Shown here: positions 17,452 through 26,727 of the stretch, piece by piece
How the letters are laid out: each line of letters opens with the position of its first letter
Position numbering within the stretch: position 1 is the first letter of the stretch
Origin: an uncultured Ignavibacteria bacterium
Lineage (GTDB): Bacteria; Bacteroidota; Ignavibacteria; UBA10030; UBA6906
Reading direction: 5' to 3'
NCBI GenBank assembly: GCA_963780165.1
Contig: CAWABB010000001.1
Coordinates: 1,816,556 to 1,880,555 of the forward strand
Length of the DNA stretch: 64,000 nt
Notes under the pieces: generated by a model
Seen by the model: the letters and a program-made list of their open reading frames with translations, nothing else
The model's database searches: none
What the model was told of the DNA's origin: nothing
Program-made: the position numbers and the translations under genes

Positions 17452-18893
17452 CGCTGCACCCCCGGACCGAGAAACGAGGTGTGAATCGTATGGAGCTTCT
17501 TCCCGTCCGCGTACACGCCAACGGTCAACGGTGTGCTCAGGCCCGTAAGCTGCTCGCGCTGCAGCAGAATCAGCAGCTTCGATTCCGCGATCCCCTGTGG
17601 CTCCGCCGCCAGGTCACCGCCCATGACCTCAATCTGCCCTTCCGTCTCCTCGAGGATGAACGTAACGGGCACTTTCACGAATGTCTTGTTCAGGACCTTC
17701 ACGTCGTATACGTTGCTGACCCTGCCGTCCGGGCGGTCCTGATAGAACATCCCCGGAGTACGGAGAACCGTCACATCGACCTCGCTCCGATTGGCCAGCA
17801 AAACAGTAAGGACGCTCACGAGGAGAAGCAGCACCACCGAGTATCCGATGACGCGGGACGTCCAGAGGCGCGACGTGCCGGTGGCGATCGCCGTGGCGGA
17901 GTCGTACCGTACGAGCCCACGGGGTTTCCCGATCTTGTCCATCACGGTGTCGCAGGCGTCGATGCATGCGGTACAGTTCACGCATTCCAGCTGCGTGCCG
18001 TTGCGGATGTCGATTCCTGTCGGACAAACCTCCACACACTGGTCGCAGTCGATGCAGTCGCCCTTCGTGCGGTCAGTGCCCCGGCGGAGCCTGCCCCGGG
18101 GTTCGCCGCGACGATAATCATACCCGATCACGATAGAGTTCTTGTCGAGGAGCACGCCCTGCAGCCTGCCGTACGGACAGACCAGGATACACGCCTGCTC
18201 GCGGAACCACGAGAAGATCCAATAGAACACCGTGCTGAAGATGAGCATCGCCGTGAGCCCGCCGATATGCCTGAAGGGCGGGTCGGTCACGATCGTCCAG
18301 AGCTGATCGGTCCCGATGATCCAGGCGAGCAGGGTGTTGCCGATAGCGAAGGCCAGCACGGCGTAGATGAGAAACTTCGTCCCCTTGCGGAGAAGCTTCT
18401 GGCTGTTCCAGGGGGACTCGTTCAGCCGGCGCTGCTGTCGGTGGTCCCCCTCCACCCAGTAGTCGATCTTGCGGAACACCATCTCCATGAATACGGTCTG
18501 CGGACAGACCCAGCCACAGAAAAGGCGCCCGAAGACGACCGTGAAAAGAATGATGAAGACGATCGTTGTGATGAGCGCTATGGCGAGCAAATAGAAGTCG
18601 TGGGGGCCGAACACGGTGCCGAACAGGATGAATCTCCGTTCGAGGATGTTGAAGAGGAAGAACGGCGTGTCGTGCATGCGGACGAACGGCATGCCGACGA
18701 GGAAGGCCAGGAGGAGAAAGCTCAGGATCGTGCGCCACCGGTAGAAGCGGCCAGACGGCTGCTTGGGATAGATCCAGCTCCGCTTCCCCTGTTTGTTGAC
18801 GATGGTCATCGAGTCACGGAAGCTCTCCGTGGCCTGACCCGGCTCCTCCGCCGCCCCCTCGGCCCGTACCGTTCCCCCGTCTGTGTCTCCCAT
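17448..18893 (-). CDS. ccoG: cbb3 oxidase accessory protein CcoG/FixG (4Fe-4S ferredoxin).
   Basis: TM helices plus two ferredoxin cysteine clusters (CILVCPYGRLQG; CIDCDQCVEVCPTGIDIR). Confidence 0.85.
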   Translation of the reverse strand: MGDTDGGTVRAEGAAEEPGQATESFRDSMTIVNKQGKRSWIYPKQPSGRFYRWRTILSFLLLAFLVGMPFVRMHDTPFFLFNILERRFILFGTVFGPHDFYLLAIALITTIVFIILFTVVFGRLFCGWVCPQTVFMEMVFRKIDYWVEGDHRQQRRLNESPWNSQKLLRKGTKFLIYAVLAFAIGNTLLAWIIGTDQLWTIVTDPPFRHIGGLTAMLIFSTVFYWIFSWFREQACILVCPYGRLQGVLLDKNSIVIGYDYRRGEPRGRLRRGTDRTKGDCIDCDQCVEVCPTGIDIRNGTQLECVNCTACIDACDTVMDKIGKPRGLVRYDSATAIATGTSRLWTSRVIGYSVVLLLLVSVLTVLLANRSEVDVTVLRTPGMFYQDRPDGRVSNVYDVKVLNKTFVKVPVTFILEETEGQIEVMGGDLAAEPQGIAESKLLILLQREQLTGLSTPLTVGVYADGKKLHTIHTSFLGPGVQR

Positions 18894-19727
18894 TTATCCG
18901 GTTGCCTTTGTGCTATCGGCCGGAGCGGCATTCACGGCGGGCTCGACGTACAGCGTTCCCTCCTGCTTCTTGGCATTCGGGGGGGCTGTTCCCTGCAGCG
19001 ACAAGACGTAACTGGCGATTTCCTGTATCTGCTTTGGCGTAAACACCAGCTGCCAGCTGATCATGCCTTTTGCCGCCACACCGTTCTTGATGGTTGCATA
19101 CACGTTTGAGATGGCACCCCCGTGAATCCAGTACTGGTCGGTGAGGTTGGGCCCCACCACGCCCTGCCCCTGGGGACCATGACAGGAAACGCAGTACTTG
19201 CCGAACGCTTCTTTGCCGCGCCCGAGGGCTCCCGGGTCCACGAGCGCCGCGAGCGCGTTCTCGTCGATCGCACCTTCTTTCGCGATCATCATCCGCCGCT
19301 GGAGATCCGCCGCCGCGACCTCCTGCCGGTACTCCTCGACCATGAGCGGCGAACTCCCGAGCACATGATAGCTGATCATATAGGTCGCCCCGAAGACGAT
19401 TGTCCCCAGGAAGAGCGTTGTGAACCAAGGAGGTATGCGGTTGTCCAGCTCCCGGATGTTGTCATACACGTGGTCGGGCATTTCGGCGTCGGCGGACTTC
19501 CCGGCAAGCGCATAGCGCCGCAGGAAGGCGAACGTCGCACCGAGCCGTTTCCGATCGGCCTCCGGGAGCACGAGGAGAAAGAAGAGGATCGCGATGATGA
19601 TGATCGTGGTTGTCGCGGTAAGGTTCAGCGCGAAGGTGGTGCCCGGATCCCCGGACCCCGCCGCGAACGCGGCGCCGGTGGGCATGATGGGAAGGGTCAT
19701 CATCAACATACGTCGCAGTGTTGTCAT
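18894..19727 (-). CDS. ccoP: cbb3-type cytochrome c oxidase subunit III (CcoP), monohaem variant.
   Basis: N-terminal TM/FixP_N-like region and a single CVSCHGPQGQG haem site. The ATG at 19725-19727 overlaps the ccoQ stop. Confidence 0.8.
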   Translation of the reverse strand: MTTLRRMLMMTLPIMPTGAAFAAGSGDPGTTFALNLTATTTIIIIAILFFLLVLPEADRKRLGATFAFLRRYALAGKSADAEMPDHVYDNIRELDNRIPPWFTTLFLGTIVFGATYMISYHVLGSSPLMVEEYRQEVAAADLQRRMMIAKEGAIDENALAALVDPGALGRGKEAFGKYCVSCHGPQGQGVVGPNLTDQYWIHGGAISNVYATIKNGVAAKGMISWQLVFTPKQIQEIASYVLSLQGTAPPNAKKQEGTLYVEPAVNAAPADSTKATG

Positions 19728-19912
19728 AGTCTCACTTCCTTTCCGCGCACGCTGTCATCGTCGAACGGGAGCCGCTCACAGTGGTCGATCCGCTCACGCG
19801 TGATATGGAACACCCGGACGACAATCAGGAGGAAGGCCAGGACCGAGAGTATGAGAGATACCTGGCCGATGTACTCCGAGCCGGTCAGGGATGAAAGATA
19901 GTGTGAGATCAC
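19724..19912 (-). CDS. ccoQ: Small cbb3 oxidase subunit (CcoQ-like).
   Basis: 62-aa single-TM peptide (VISHYLSSLTGSEYIGQVSLILSVLAFLLIVV...) with a GTG start. It lies between ccoNO and ccoP. Confidence 0.5.
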   Translation of the reverse strand: MISHYLSSLTGSEYIGQVSLILSVLAFLLIVVRVFHITRERIDHCERLPFDDDSVRGKEVRL

Positions 19913-19928
19913 GGTGGCTTTCCTCCTG

Positions 19929-22043
19929 TTACCGCTTCGCGCCTTTGATGTCGGTGCCCAGGCGCTGCAGGTACGCAATGAGGGCGATGATCTCCTTCTG
20001 CGGATCCGCCGGCGCCCCGGCCTTGGTGATGTCCGTCGCGAGCGCCTCGGCTTGAAGCTTGAGGTCCTCAACAGCGCGCTCATCGTAGCCGGCCGGGTAC
20101 GGAACGCCGAGCGACTGCATGGCCCGGATCTTTGCAGCGGTCGAACCGACATCCAGATCCTGCGACAACAGCCAGGGGTATGCCGGCATGATGGATCCTG
20201 GTGACATGGAGGTCGGCTCGTTCATATGGAGGTAGTGCCAGAGATTCGGAAACTTGCCGCCGACGCGATGGAGATCAGGCCCTGTCCGTTTGGACCCCCA
20301 GAGGAACGGATGGTCGTAGACAAATTCCCCGGCCTTCGAGTACTCGCCGTAGCGCTCCGTCTCCGACCGGAACGGGCGCACCATCTGGGAGTGACAGTTG
20401 TTGCACCCCTCGCGGATGTAAATGTCCCGTCCCTGGAGCTCCAGCGGCGTGTACGGCTTCACGCTGGAGATGGTGGGGATGTTGCTCTTTACGACGTAGG
20501 TGGGGATGATCTCGACCAGGCCGCCGATCAGGATCAGCACGAGCGCAAGGACAGTGAACTGCGCCGGTTTCCGCTCGATCCAGCGGTGGCGGGATTCCTT
20601 CGGACCGTGATGATCGGCCGCAAGCGGCGCTGCAGCAGCTTCGACGGAGGCCTCAAACTTTCCCTGACGGGCCGTTTTGACCAGGTTGTACGTCATCACC
20701 ACGACGCCGCCCAGATACAGGGTTCCCCCGAAAGCCCTGATCGTCCAGAACGGGACGATCTGCAGGACGGTTTCTAGGAAGTTCGGGTACTGCAGGGTTC
20801 CAAAGTCCGTGAACTGCTTCCACATCAGGGACTGTGTCAGGCCGGAGGTGTACATGGCCACCGCGTAGAACACGATGCCGAGCGTCCCGATCCAGAAGTG
20901 GAGGTTTGCCAGCGTGCGGGAATAAAGCGTCGTCCCGTACAGTTTCGGCACCAGCCAGTAGAGCATCCCGAACGTGAGGAACCCGTTCCAGCCAAGGGCC
21001 CCGACGTGCACGTGCGAGATGATCCAGTCTGTGTAGTGCATGATGGCGTTCACGTTCTTGAGCGAGAGCGCCGGGCCCTCGAACGTCGCCATCCCGTAGG
21101 CGGTAACCGCAACCACCATGAACTTCAGCACGGGGTCCTCACGCACCTTGTCCCATGCTCCCCGGAGCGTCAGCAGACCGTTGATCATGCCGCCCCACGA
21201 CGGGGCGAGCAGCATGACCGAGAAGACCGTACCGAGCGACTGCGCCCAGTCCGGCAGGGCCGTGTAGAGCAGATGGTGCGGGCCCGCCCAGATATAGATA
21301 AAGATCAGCGACCAGAAGTGGATGATGGAGAGCCGGTAAGAGTAGACCGGCCGGTCAGCCGCTTTCGGGAGGAAGTAATACATCAGCCCAAGGAACGGGG
21401 TCGTGAGGAAGAACGCCACCGCGTTGTGCGCGTACCACCACTGGACCAGCGCATCCTGCACGCCCGCATACAGGGGGTAGCTCTTCATGATCGACGCGGG
21501 CAGCTCAAACGAGTTCACGATGTGCAGAACGGCGACGGTGACAATCGTCGCGATGTAGAACCAGATTGCCACGTACATGTGGCGTTCCCGCCGTTTGACC
21601 AGGGTGCCGAACAGGTTGATGGCGAAGACCACCCAGACCAGCGTGATCGCGATGTCGATGGGCCATTCCAGCTCCGCATACTCCTTGCTGGTCGTGAGTC
21701 CCAGCGGGAGCGTCAAGGCGGCGGAGACGATGATCCCCTGCCAGCCCCAGAAGTGGATCCACCCCAGCAGCCTGCTGAACATCGGCGTCTTGCACAGGCG
21801 GGGAAGTGAATAGTAGATGCCCGTGAAGACCGCGTTCCCCACGAAGGCAAAGATCACGGCGTTCGTGTGCAGCGGCCGGATGCGGCCGAAGGTGATGTAC
21901 TGGAGGCCGGCGTTGAGCGAGGGGATGAACAGCTGGAAGGCGATGATGACGCCGACCAGCATCCCCACAAGGCCCCAGACGACCGTCGCAATGGTGAACG
22001 CGCGGACGATCGTGTTGTCGTATCGGAAGCGTTCGAGTTCCAT
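19929..22043 (-). CDS. ccoNO: Fused cbb3-type cytochrome c oxidase subunits I+II (CcoNO).
   Basis: Haem-copper oxidase subunit I with 12 TM and His ligands, fused to a monohaem CcoO (CNNCHSQMVRPF...WHYLHMNEP). The likely start is the ATG at 22041-22043 (MELERFRYDN...). Confidence 0.9.
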   Translation of the reverse strand: MELERFRYDNTIVRAFTIATVVWGLVGMLVGVIIAFQLFIPSLNAGLQYITFGRIRPLHTNAVIFAFVGNAVFTGIYYSLPRLCKTPMFSRLLGWIHFWGWQGIIVSAALTLPLGLTTSKEYAELEWPIDIAITLVWVVFAINLFGTLVKRRERHMYVAIWFYIATIVTVAVLHIVNSFELPASIMKSYPLYAGVQDALVQWWYAHNAVAFFLTTPFLGLMYYFLPKAADRPVYSYRLSIIHFWSLIFIYIWAGPHHLLYTALPDWAQSLGTVFSVMLLAPSWGGMINGLLTLRGAWDKVREDPVLKFMVVAVTAYGMATFEGPALSLKNVNAIMHYTDWIISHVHVGALGWNGFLTFGMLYWLVPKLYGTTLYSRTLANLHFWIGTLGIVFYAVAMYTSGLTQSLMWKQFTDFGTLQYPNFLETVLQIVPFWTIRAFGGTLYLGGVVVMTYNLVKTARQGKFEASVEAAAAPLAADHHGPKESRHRWIERKPAQFTVLALVLILIGGLVEIIPTYVVKSNIPTISSVKPYTPLELQGRDIYIREGCNNCHSQMVRPFRSETERYGEYSKAGEFVYDHPFLWGSKRTGPDLHRVGGKFPNLWHYLHMNEPTSMSPGSIMPAYPWLLSQDLDVGSTAAKIRAMQSLGVPYPAGYDERAVEDLKLQAEALATDITKAGAPADPQKEIIALIAYLQRLGTDIKGAKR

Positions 22044-22050
22044 GCGTTCC

Positions 22051-22227
22051 TTACGATAGATGATGATTCGAGTCCCGCGGCGCGGGATTCGGCTCGTCAA
22101 ACAACATGCGTATAGATGGCGTCACGCGGTCATCGTACTGCCCCGACCGGACCGCCCAGAGGAACGCCAGGAGAAATCCTCCCGCGAGCATCAGGCTGGC
22201 TCCGATCATGACCGCGATGACGGACAT
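22051..22227 (-). CDS. ccoS: cbb3 oxidase maturation protein CcoS/FixS.
   Basis: 58 aa (MSVIAVMIGASLMLAGGFLLAFLWAVRSGQYDDRVTPSIRMLFDE). It is absent from the ORF track because it is under 60 aa. It lies between ccoI and ccoNO. Confidence 0.75.
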   Translation of the reverse strand: MSVIAVMIGASLMLAGGFLLAFLWAVRSGQYDDRVTPSIRMLFDEPNPAPRDSNHHLS

Positions 22228-24626
22228 CAGGCAATCCCTTTGCGTCGCGCCGCAATCCGCACCGACATGGTGGAGAGCAGCACGACGGTGATGGAGCTGA
22301 GCGGCATAAGGATAGCCGCCACCACGGGGGAAAGATCCCCGCGAACCGCCACCCAGAGCACCGCCGCATTATACAGAAATGAAACCGCAAAACTCACGAG
22401 CACGATGCGCACCGCGGCCCGGGACAGATCCAGAAACGCCGGGAGCAGATGGAACGAGCCTCCGTGCAGAATCCCGTCGCTGGCCGGGGTGAACCGGGCT
22501 GCATCCTCCGACACCGCGATTCCCACGTCCCCTTCCTTGAGCGCCACGGCATCGTTCAATCCGTCGCCAACCATCATCACGACTGCTCCTTCTTTCCGGA
22601 GTCCGCGAATGTGTTCGCGCTTCTCAGCCGGCGACTTCCCGAACTGCATCTCGACATTTCCGCCCAGGACGGCCTGCAGCGGGCGCCTGTCCCCCGCCGT
22701 GTCGCCCGAAAGCAGCCCGAGGCGATACCGCCCTCGCAGGGACGCGAACACTCTCTCGAGTCCATCGCGAAACCTCGTCCGGGCGACGAAGATCCCCCGC
22801 GTGGTGCCGTCTACGCCAACGGCCACGTGTGTCCGCCCGGGCATTGGCCCATCCGCACCCGCTACGAACCGCGACGATCCGAGCCGAACGGCATGCCCGT
22901 CAACCGTTCCCTCGATGCCTTCGCCGGGAATTTCGCAGAACTCCTCGACGGTTCCCGTGGCATCACCCTGGAGCGCGGCTGATAGCGCGCGGCTGAGAGG
23001 ATGCGACGAGTGCTGCGCCAGCGATGCCACCAGAACCGCATCCTTCCGCGACAACCCCACTCCCTCGAACTGCAGCCCGACTCCGCCGGCACACGTCAGC
23101 GTGCCGGTCTTGTCGAAGAGAATCGTCGTGACGCGGGCGAGCTGCTCCACCACTCCAGCGTTCTTCAGGTAGAATCCTTTCCTGCCGAACAGCCGCATCA
23201 TCGTCCCGAACGCAAACGGCGTCGCCAGCGCGAGCGCGCATGGACATGCAACAATCAGGACCCCGGTGATGGCGTCAAGCGCAATGCCCGCATCGCGCGG
23301 GAACCAGTACAGGCCTGTGAGCCCCGCACCAAGCAGGACGCCCGCGGTGAAGTACCTCGCCACCGTGTTCGACACCGTGACCAGGCTCCGGGATTCGTCT
23401 CGCTGATCGCCGTGCTCGTTCCACAGGCTCGTCAGATAGCTCTGCGAGACCTCCCGCACGACCTCAAGCTCGATCGCGCCACCGCGCTGCCGACCGCCCG
23501 CATGCACCAGGTCGCCGACAACGCGCTCGACCGGCGTCGATTCCCCCGTCACAAAACTGTAGTCGATGAGCCCGCGCCCGTACATCATGACGGCGTCGGC
23601 GGGGACGATGTCGCCGTTCCGGACCACGACGCGCTCGCCGACCATAAGCTTGGATACCGGCACCGGACGCTCGCCGTCCTGATTACGTACCGTCACGGCC
23701 AGCGGGAAGTACGCCTTGTATGTGCGCTCGAAGTTGAGCGTGTCGTACGTCTTGGCCTGAAACAGCTTCCCGAGGAGCAGGAAGAACACCAGGCCGCTCA
23801 TCGAATCCAGGAATCCCGGTCCTGCACCCGAGACGATGTCGAACAGGCTCCTTGCGAACAGGATAAGGATCCCCAGCGCGATCGGCACATCGAGGTTGAC
23901 GATCCCACGCTTCAACCCTCCGGCCGCGGAGAGAAAGAACGCTTGTGAACTATACAGGAGCACGGGCAGGGACAGGGCAACATTCAGCGCCGAGAACAGC
24001 TTGCCCAATTCCGATTCCCCGCCGGCGAAATACTCGGGGAAACTCAGGAGCATGATGTTGGCGAAGCAGAATCCCGCTACGCCCACGCGCGCGTAGAGAG
24101 CGGCCATCGGCTGTGCCGGTGCGCGCCGCTCGGGAGAGGCAAACGAGAGCTCGGGCTCGTATCCGAGCGAGGCAAGAAGCTCGACGACGTTCCTGAGTGT
24201 CGTATCGCCGTTGAACCTGATAAAGAGCTGTCTCTTGAGAAAGTCCACGCGTGAATGGACAATTCCTGGGTCCAGGGCGTGCAGGTTCTCGAGCAGCCAT
24301 ACGCACGAGGCGCAATGCATCCCGGGAACAGTCAGCGTGGTGGTGTGAGTTGTGCCGTCGGTGAAATCGAGCAACCCTGCAACCACTTCGGGATCGTCAA
24401 GATACGCGTAGCGCGCGTCGCCGCCGAACCGGGGAGTCAGGCCCGGGGATTCCTCGCGCCGGTAATAGTCTCCCAGCCTGTGGCGCTCCAGCAAATCGTA
24501 GACCGTTTTGCACCCTTGACAACAGAACGCTTTCCCGTCGCCCTGAGGCACATCGCTCGGGACAGGATCGCCACAATGAAAGCAGCTCGTCTGGGGTGAG
24601 ACTGCCTCGGCGTGAGGAAGGGGCAT
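22227..24626 (-). CDS. ccoI: Copper-translocating P1B-type ATPase CcoI/FixI.
   Basis: Cys-rich N-terminal metal-binding region (CFHCGDPV, CCQGC), CPC motif, DKTGTLT and GDGxND motifs. Confidence 0.9.
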   Translation of the reverse strand: MPLPHAEAVSPQTSCFHCGDPVPSDVPQGDGKAFCCQGCKTVYDLLERHRLGDYYRREESPGLTPRFGGDARYAYLDDPEVVAGLLDFTDGTTHTTTLTVPGMHCASCVWLLENLHALDPGIVHSRVDFLKRQLFIRFNGDTTLRNVVELLASLGYEPELSFASPERRAPAQPMAALYARVGVAGFCFANIMLLSFPEYFAGGESELGKLFSALNVALSLPVLLYSSQAFFLSAAGGLKRGIVNLDVPIALGILILFARSLFDIVSGAGPGFLDSMSGLVFFLLLGKLFQAKTYDTLNFERTYKAYFPLAVTVRNQDGERPVPVSKLMVGERVVVRNGDIVPADAVMMYGRGLIDYSFVTGESTPVERVVGDLVHAGGRQRGGAIELEVVREVSQSYLTSLWNEHGDQRDESRSLVTVSNTVARYFTAGVLLGAGLTGLYWFPRDAGIALDAITGVLIVACPCALALATPFAFGTMMRLFGRKGFYLKNAGVVEQLARVTTILFDKTGTLTCAGGVGLQFEGVGLSRKDAVLVASLAQHSSHPLSRALSAALQGDATGTVEEFCEIPGEGIEGTVDGHAVRLGSSRFVAGADGPMPGRTHVAVGVDGTTRGIFVARTRFRDGLERVFASLRGRYRLGLLSGDTAGDRRPLQAVLGGNVEMQFGKSPAEKREHIRGLRKEGAVVMMVGDGLNDAVALKEGDVGIAVSEDAARFTPASDGILHGGSFHLLPAFLDLSRAAVRIVLVSFAVSFLYNAAVLWVAVRGDLSPVVAAILMPLSSITVVLLSTMSVRIAARRKGIA

Positions 24627-24756
24627 ACGCGGCAGAATGGAAGCACAGGACTGTTAGCAAGAAACATACAAAAAACACCCTGGAAATCAAACCTTGGAGC
24701 CGGGCGGGCCCTCCGACGAAAATCGCTCGAAGCCGTTTCAGGAAGCGAGAACGGGC

Positions 24757-25665
24757 CTAGAAGTAGAGCCCATACCACACCGCATTCGGCGAGATACGCA
24801 CCGCAGGCGCCGGCAAGTGGATGAAATTCAGCGCCTCCGCGAGGAGCCGCAGGAATTCGGTGTCCTGCGGGATGATCTTCGTCAGGTCGTAATCCAGGCT
24901 CAGCATGACGATGCTGTAGGGGTTCGGCGTCGCCACATCCCTGACCCCGTATCCAACCGCCAGCGCAAGCCAATCAGGCCAGACCGGCTCGACCGATCGC
25001 GGGAGCAGGTTGTTCACGTGGATGCTCAGCCAGAGCGTCTGCCCCTCGTAGTCGTCGAACATGATGTGCTTCTGCCCCTGAAAGCCCACGCCGCCCGGTT
25101 CGTTGATCAGATCCGAAGGATGGTAGGAAAACTTCATGTTGAAGTCCTTCAGCGGCGGCCAGTAGAACTGAGCCACGGGGTACAGCGCCCCGGCGAGGTT
25201 CGCGGCGAAGTCAACGCGATCGAAACCCCACGCCGAAAATCCGTCCTGCACCTCCACATAGGTCTGGAAGAGGATTGCGCCTGACGTGCCGAACCAGAGC
25301 GACTGTTCGGCGGACATGTTGGTCCACTCGAACGATTTTCTGAGAATAAACGCTACGACGGTCGCGCCATAGAAGTGCCCGAGCTTGTCCACCCAGAGCC
25401 CGTACTCGAGGTCCTCCTGGAAGTGGAACGATGTGCGATTGTTCTTCCACCAGCCGTTCTGCTGGTATACATGGATTCCGACCATGGCTGCGGCGGTGAG
25501 GCCGCCGACGAGAACGAGGCGAGCCGTGTTCACGCCTTCCCGCGCGGTTGTCGAGTCAGCAGTGATTGGTGGTCGTGGGAGAGAATCGGCCGGGGCGGTT
25601 GTCTGAGCCATGGCCGACGCCCGGACAAGGAGCAGACACGGCAGTATACAAGAGACGAGTTTCAC
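24757..25665 (-). CDS. Hypothetical secreted or outer-membrane protein.
   Basis: Signal peptide and a C-terminus ending ...VWYGLYF (aromatic terminal residue). No catalytic motif. The start is uncertain (GTG at 25663-25665 or an internal ATG). Confidence 0.5.
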   Translation of the reverse strand: MKLVSCILPCLLLVRASAMAQTTAPADSLPRPPITADSTTAREGVNTARLVLVGGLTAAAMVGIHVYQQNGWWKNNRTSFHFQEDLEYGLWVDKLGHFYGATVVAFILRKSFEWTNMSAEQSLWFGTSGAILFQTYVEVQDGFSAWGFDRVDFAANLAGALYPVAQFYWPPLKDFNMKFSYHPSDLINEPGGVGFQGQKHIMFDDYEGQTLWLSIHVNNLLPRSVEPVWPDWLALAVGYGVRDVATPNPYSIVMLSLDYDLTKIIPQDTEFLRLLAEALNFIHLPAPAVRISPNAVWYGLYF

Positions 25666-25675
25666 CTCGAGGCGC

Positions 25676-26101
25676 TCACGACGGGAGCGTGAGGTGGCCG
25701 AGCTGGAGGAGCGCACTCAGATTGTCCCACTCGACCCAGACCTCGGCAATGCGTCCGTCCTTCAGCCGGAACATGGCGAGGAAGTTCGCCTCGATGCGAC
25801 GACCGGAGGCAGGGAACGGCCCCATGGGTCCCTTCTGTGTTCCGGTGAACTGGAGTGCGGCGGCGACCCGGTCCTCGTCGGCAACGAGATAGAGAATCTT
25901 CTGGTGCGCGTCGGGGAAGGTCATCGACTCGTTTTTGAGGAACTCTACGAGTTGCCTGCGTCCGCGCAGTTCAGGTTGTCCGTACGTGCGGCTGCGGCGC
26001 ACGACGTCGTCCGCGACGAGGGCGTCGAGCGTCGCCCATTCCTGCCCGCTGATGGCCTGGACGAACGCGGTGACCGTGGCCTTGTTGTTTTCTATGCTCA
26101 T
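25676..26101 (-). CDS. SnoaL-like / NTF2-fold protein (ester or polyketide cyclase-like).
   Basis: 141 aa with a pattern typical of SnoaL_2 domains (KATVTAFVQAI...DDVV......EFL...). Assigned by sequence pattern only. Confidence 0.6.
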   Translation of the reverse strand: MSIENNKATVTAFVQAISGQEWATLDALVADDVVRRSRTYGQPELRGRRQLVEFLKNESMTFPDAHQKILYLVADEDRVAAALQFTGTQKGPMGPFPASGRRIEANFLAMFRLKDGRIAEVWVEWDNLSALLQLGHLTLPS

Positions 26102-26255
26102 GGGGCGCTTTTCTGAAAACTACTGACCGCGGGGGGGATTGTCAATCACGCATTGGAGCCCGCCTGCGTGGACACCGTAAGCCCGTTCGGATGTCACTGC
26201 ACTTCAGGCGGGATCTCGGTATTCTCAAAAGTCAGGGGCAAGCAAACCAACACGA

Positions 26256-26330
26256 CGGAACGTAGCGCAGGCCCGGTGGCGCACCTGCATGGGGTTCAGG
26301 GGGTCATGGGTTCAAATTCCACCGTTCCGA
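26256..26330 (+). tRNA. Divergent, possibly pseudo, tRNA-Pro(GGG)-like gene.
   Basis: Cloverleaf with anticodon loop AUGGGGU. Relative to the 41248..41321 copy it has a C-U mismatch at 31-39, an A-C mismatch at 49-65, a G-U at 53-61 and a longer D-loop. Confidence 0.5.
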
Positions 26331-26727
26331 CTGGATTTCACCTACCTGTTGACAGCATTGTGGACACCTTTCGCCTGAAAGGCAACGACCATAGCACACC
26401 ACCCAGTCTGACCTCACCAAACGCCCCACTCAGCTTTTGTTGAATTGCCATGGGAAAGGCTGTGACTTGACATTCCCTCCTGTCCTCGGTAGCTTGGTGA
26501 AACCATTCCACTGATCGTGGATGGGTGTTGCTGCACAACTGCGGCTCACTGTTCTTGTGGTACAGGATGTTCCTCCTCGGTTCGCATCCAGCTCTCCCGG
26601 TCACACGTGAGTGTGCTCGCCCGGATTTTGTGCGGACCTGCAACTTCCAACCCCTGCGGCCCCTCCACCCGACATCCAACCGTCTCCGTTTCAATTTCTC
26701 AACCCTCCTAATCTTGAGGAGCACGTA

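Noticed and set aside
17433-19109. 558-aa plus-strand ORF.
   Set aside because: It is antisense to ccoG and ccoP. The sense-strand proteins carry definitive ferredoxin and CXXCH motifs.
20898-23948. Plus-strand ORFs 20898..21809, 22060..23172 and 23001..23948.
   Set aside because: They are antisense to ccoNO and ccoI.
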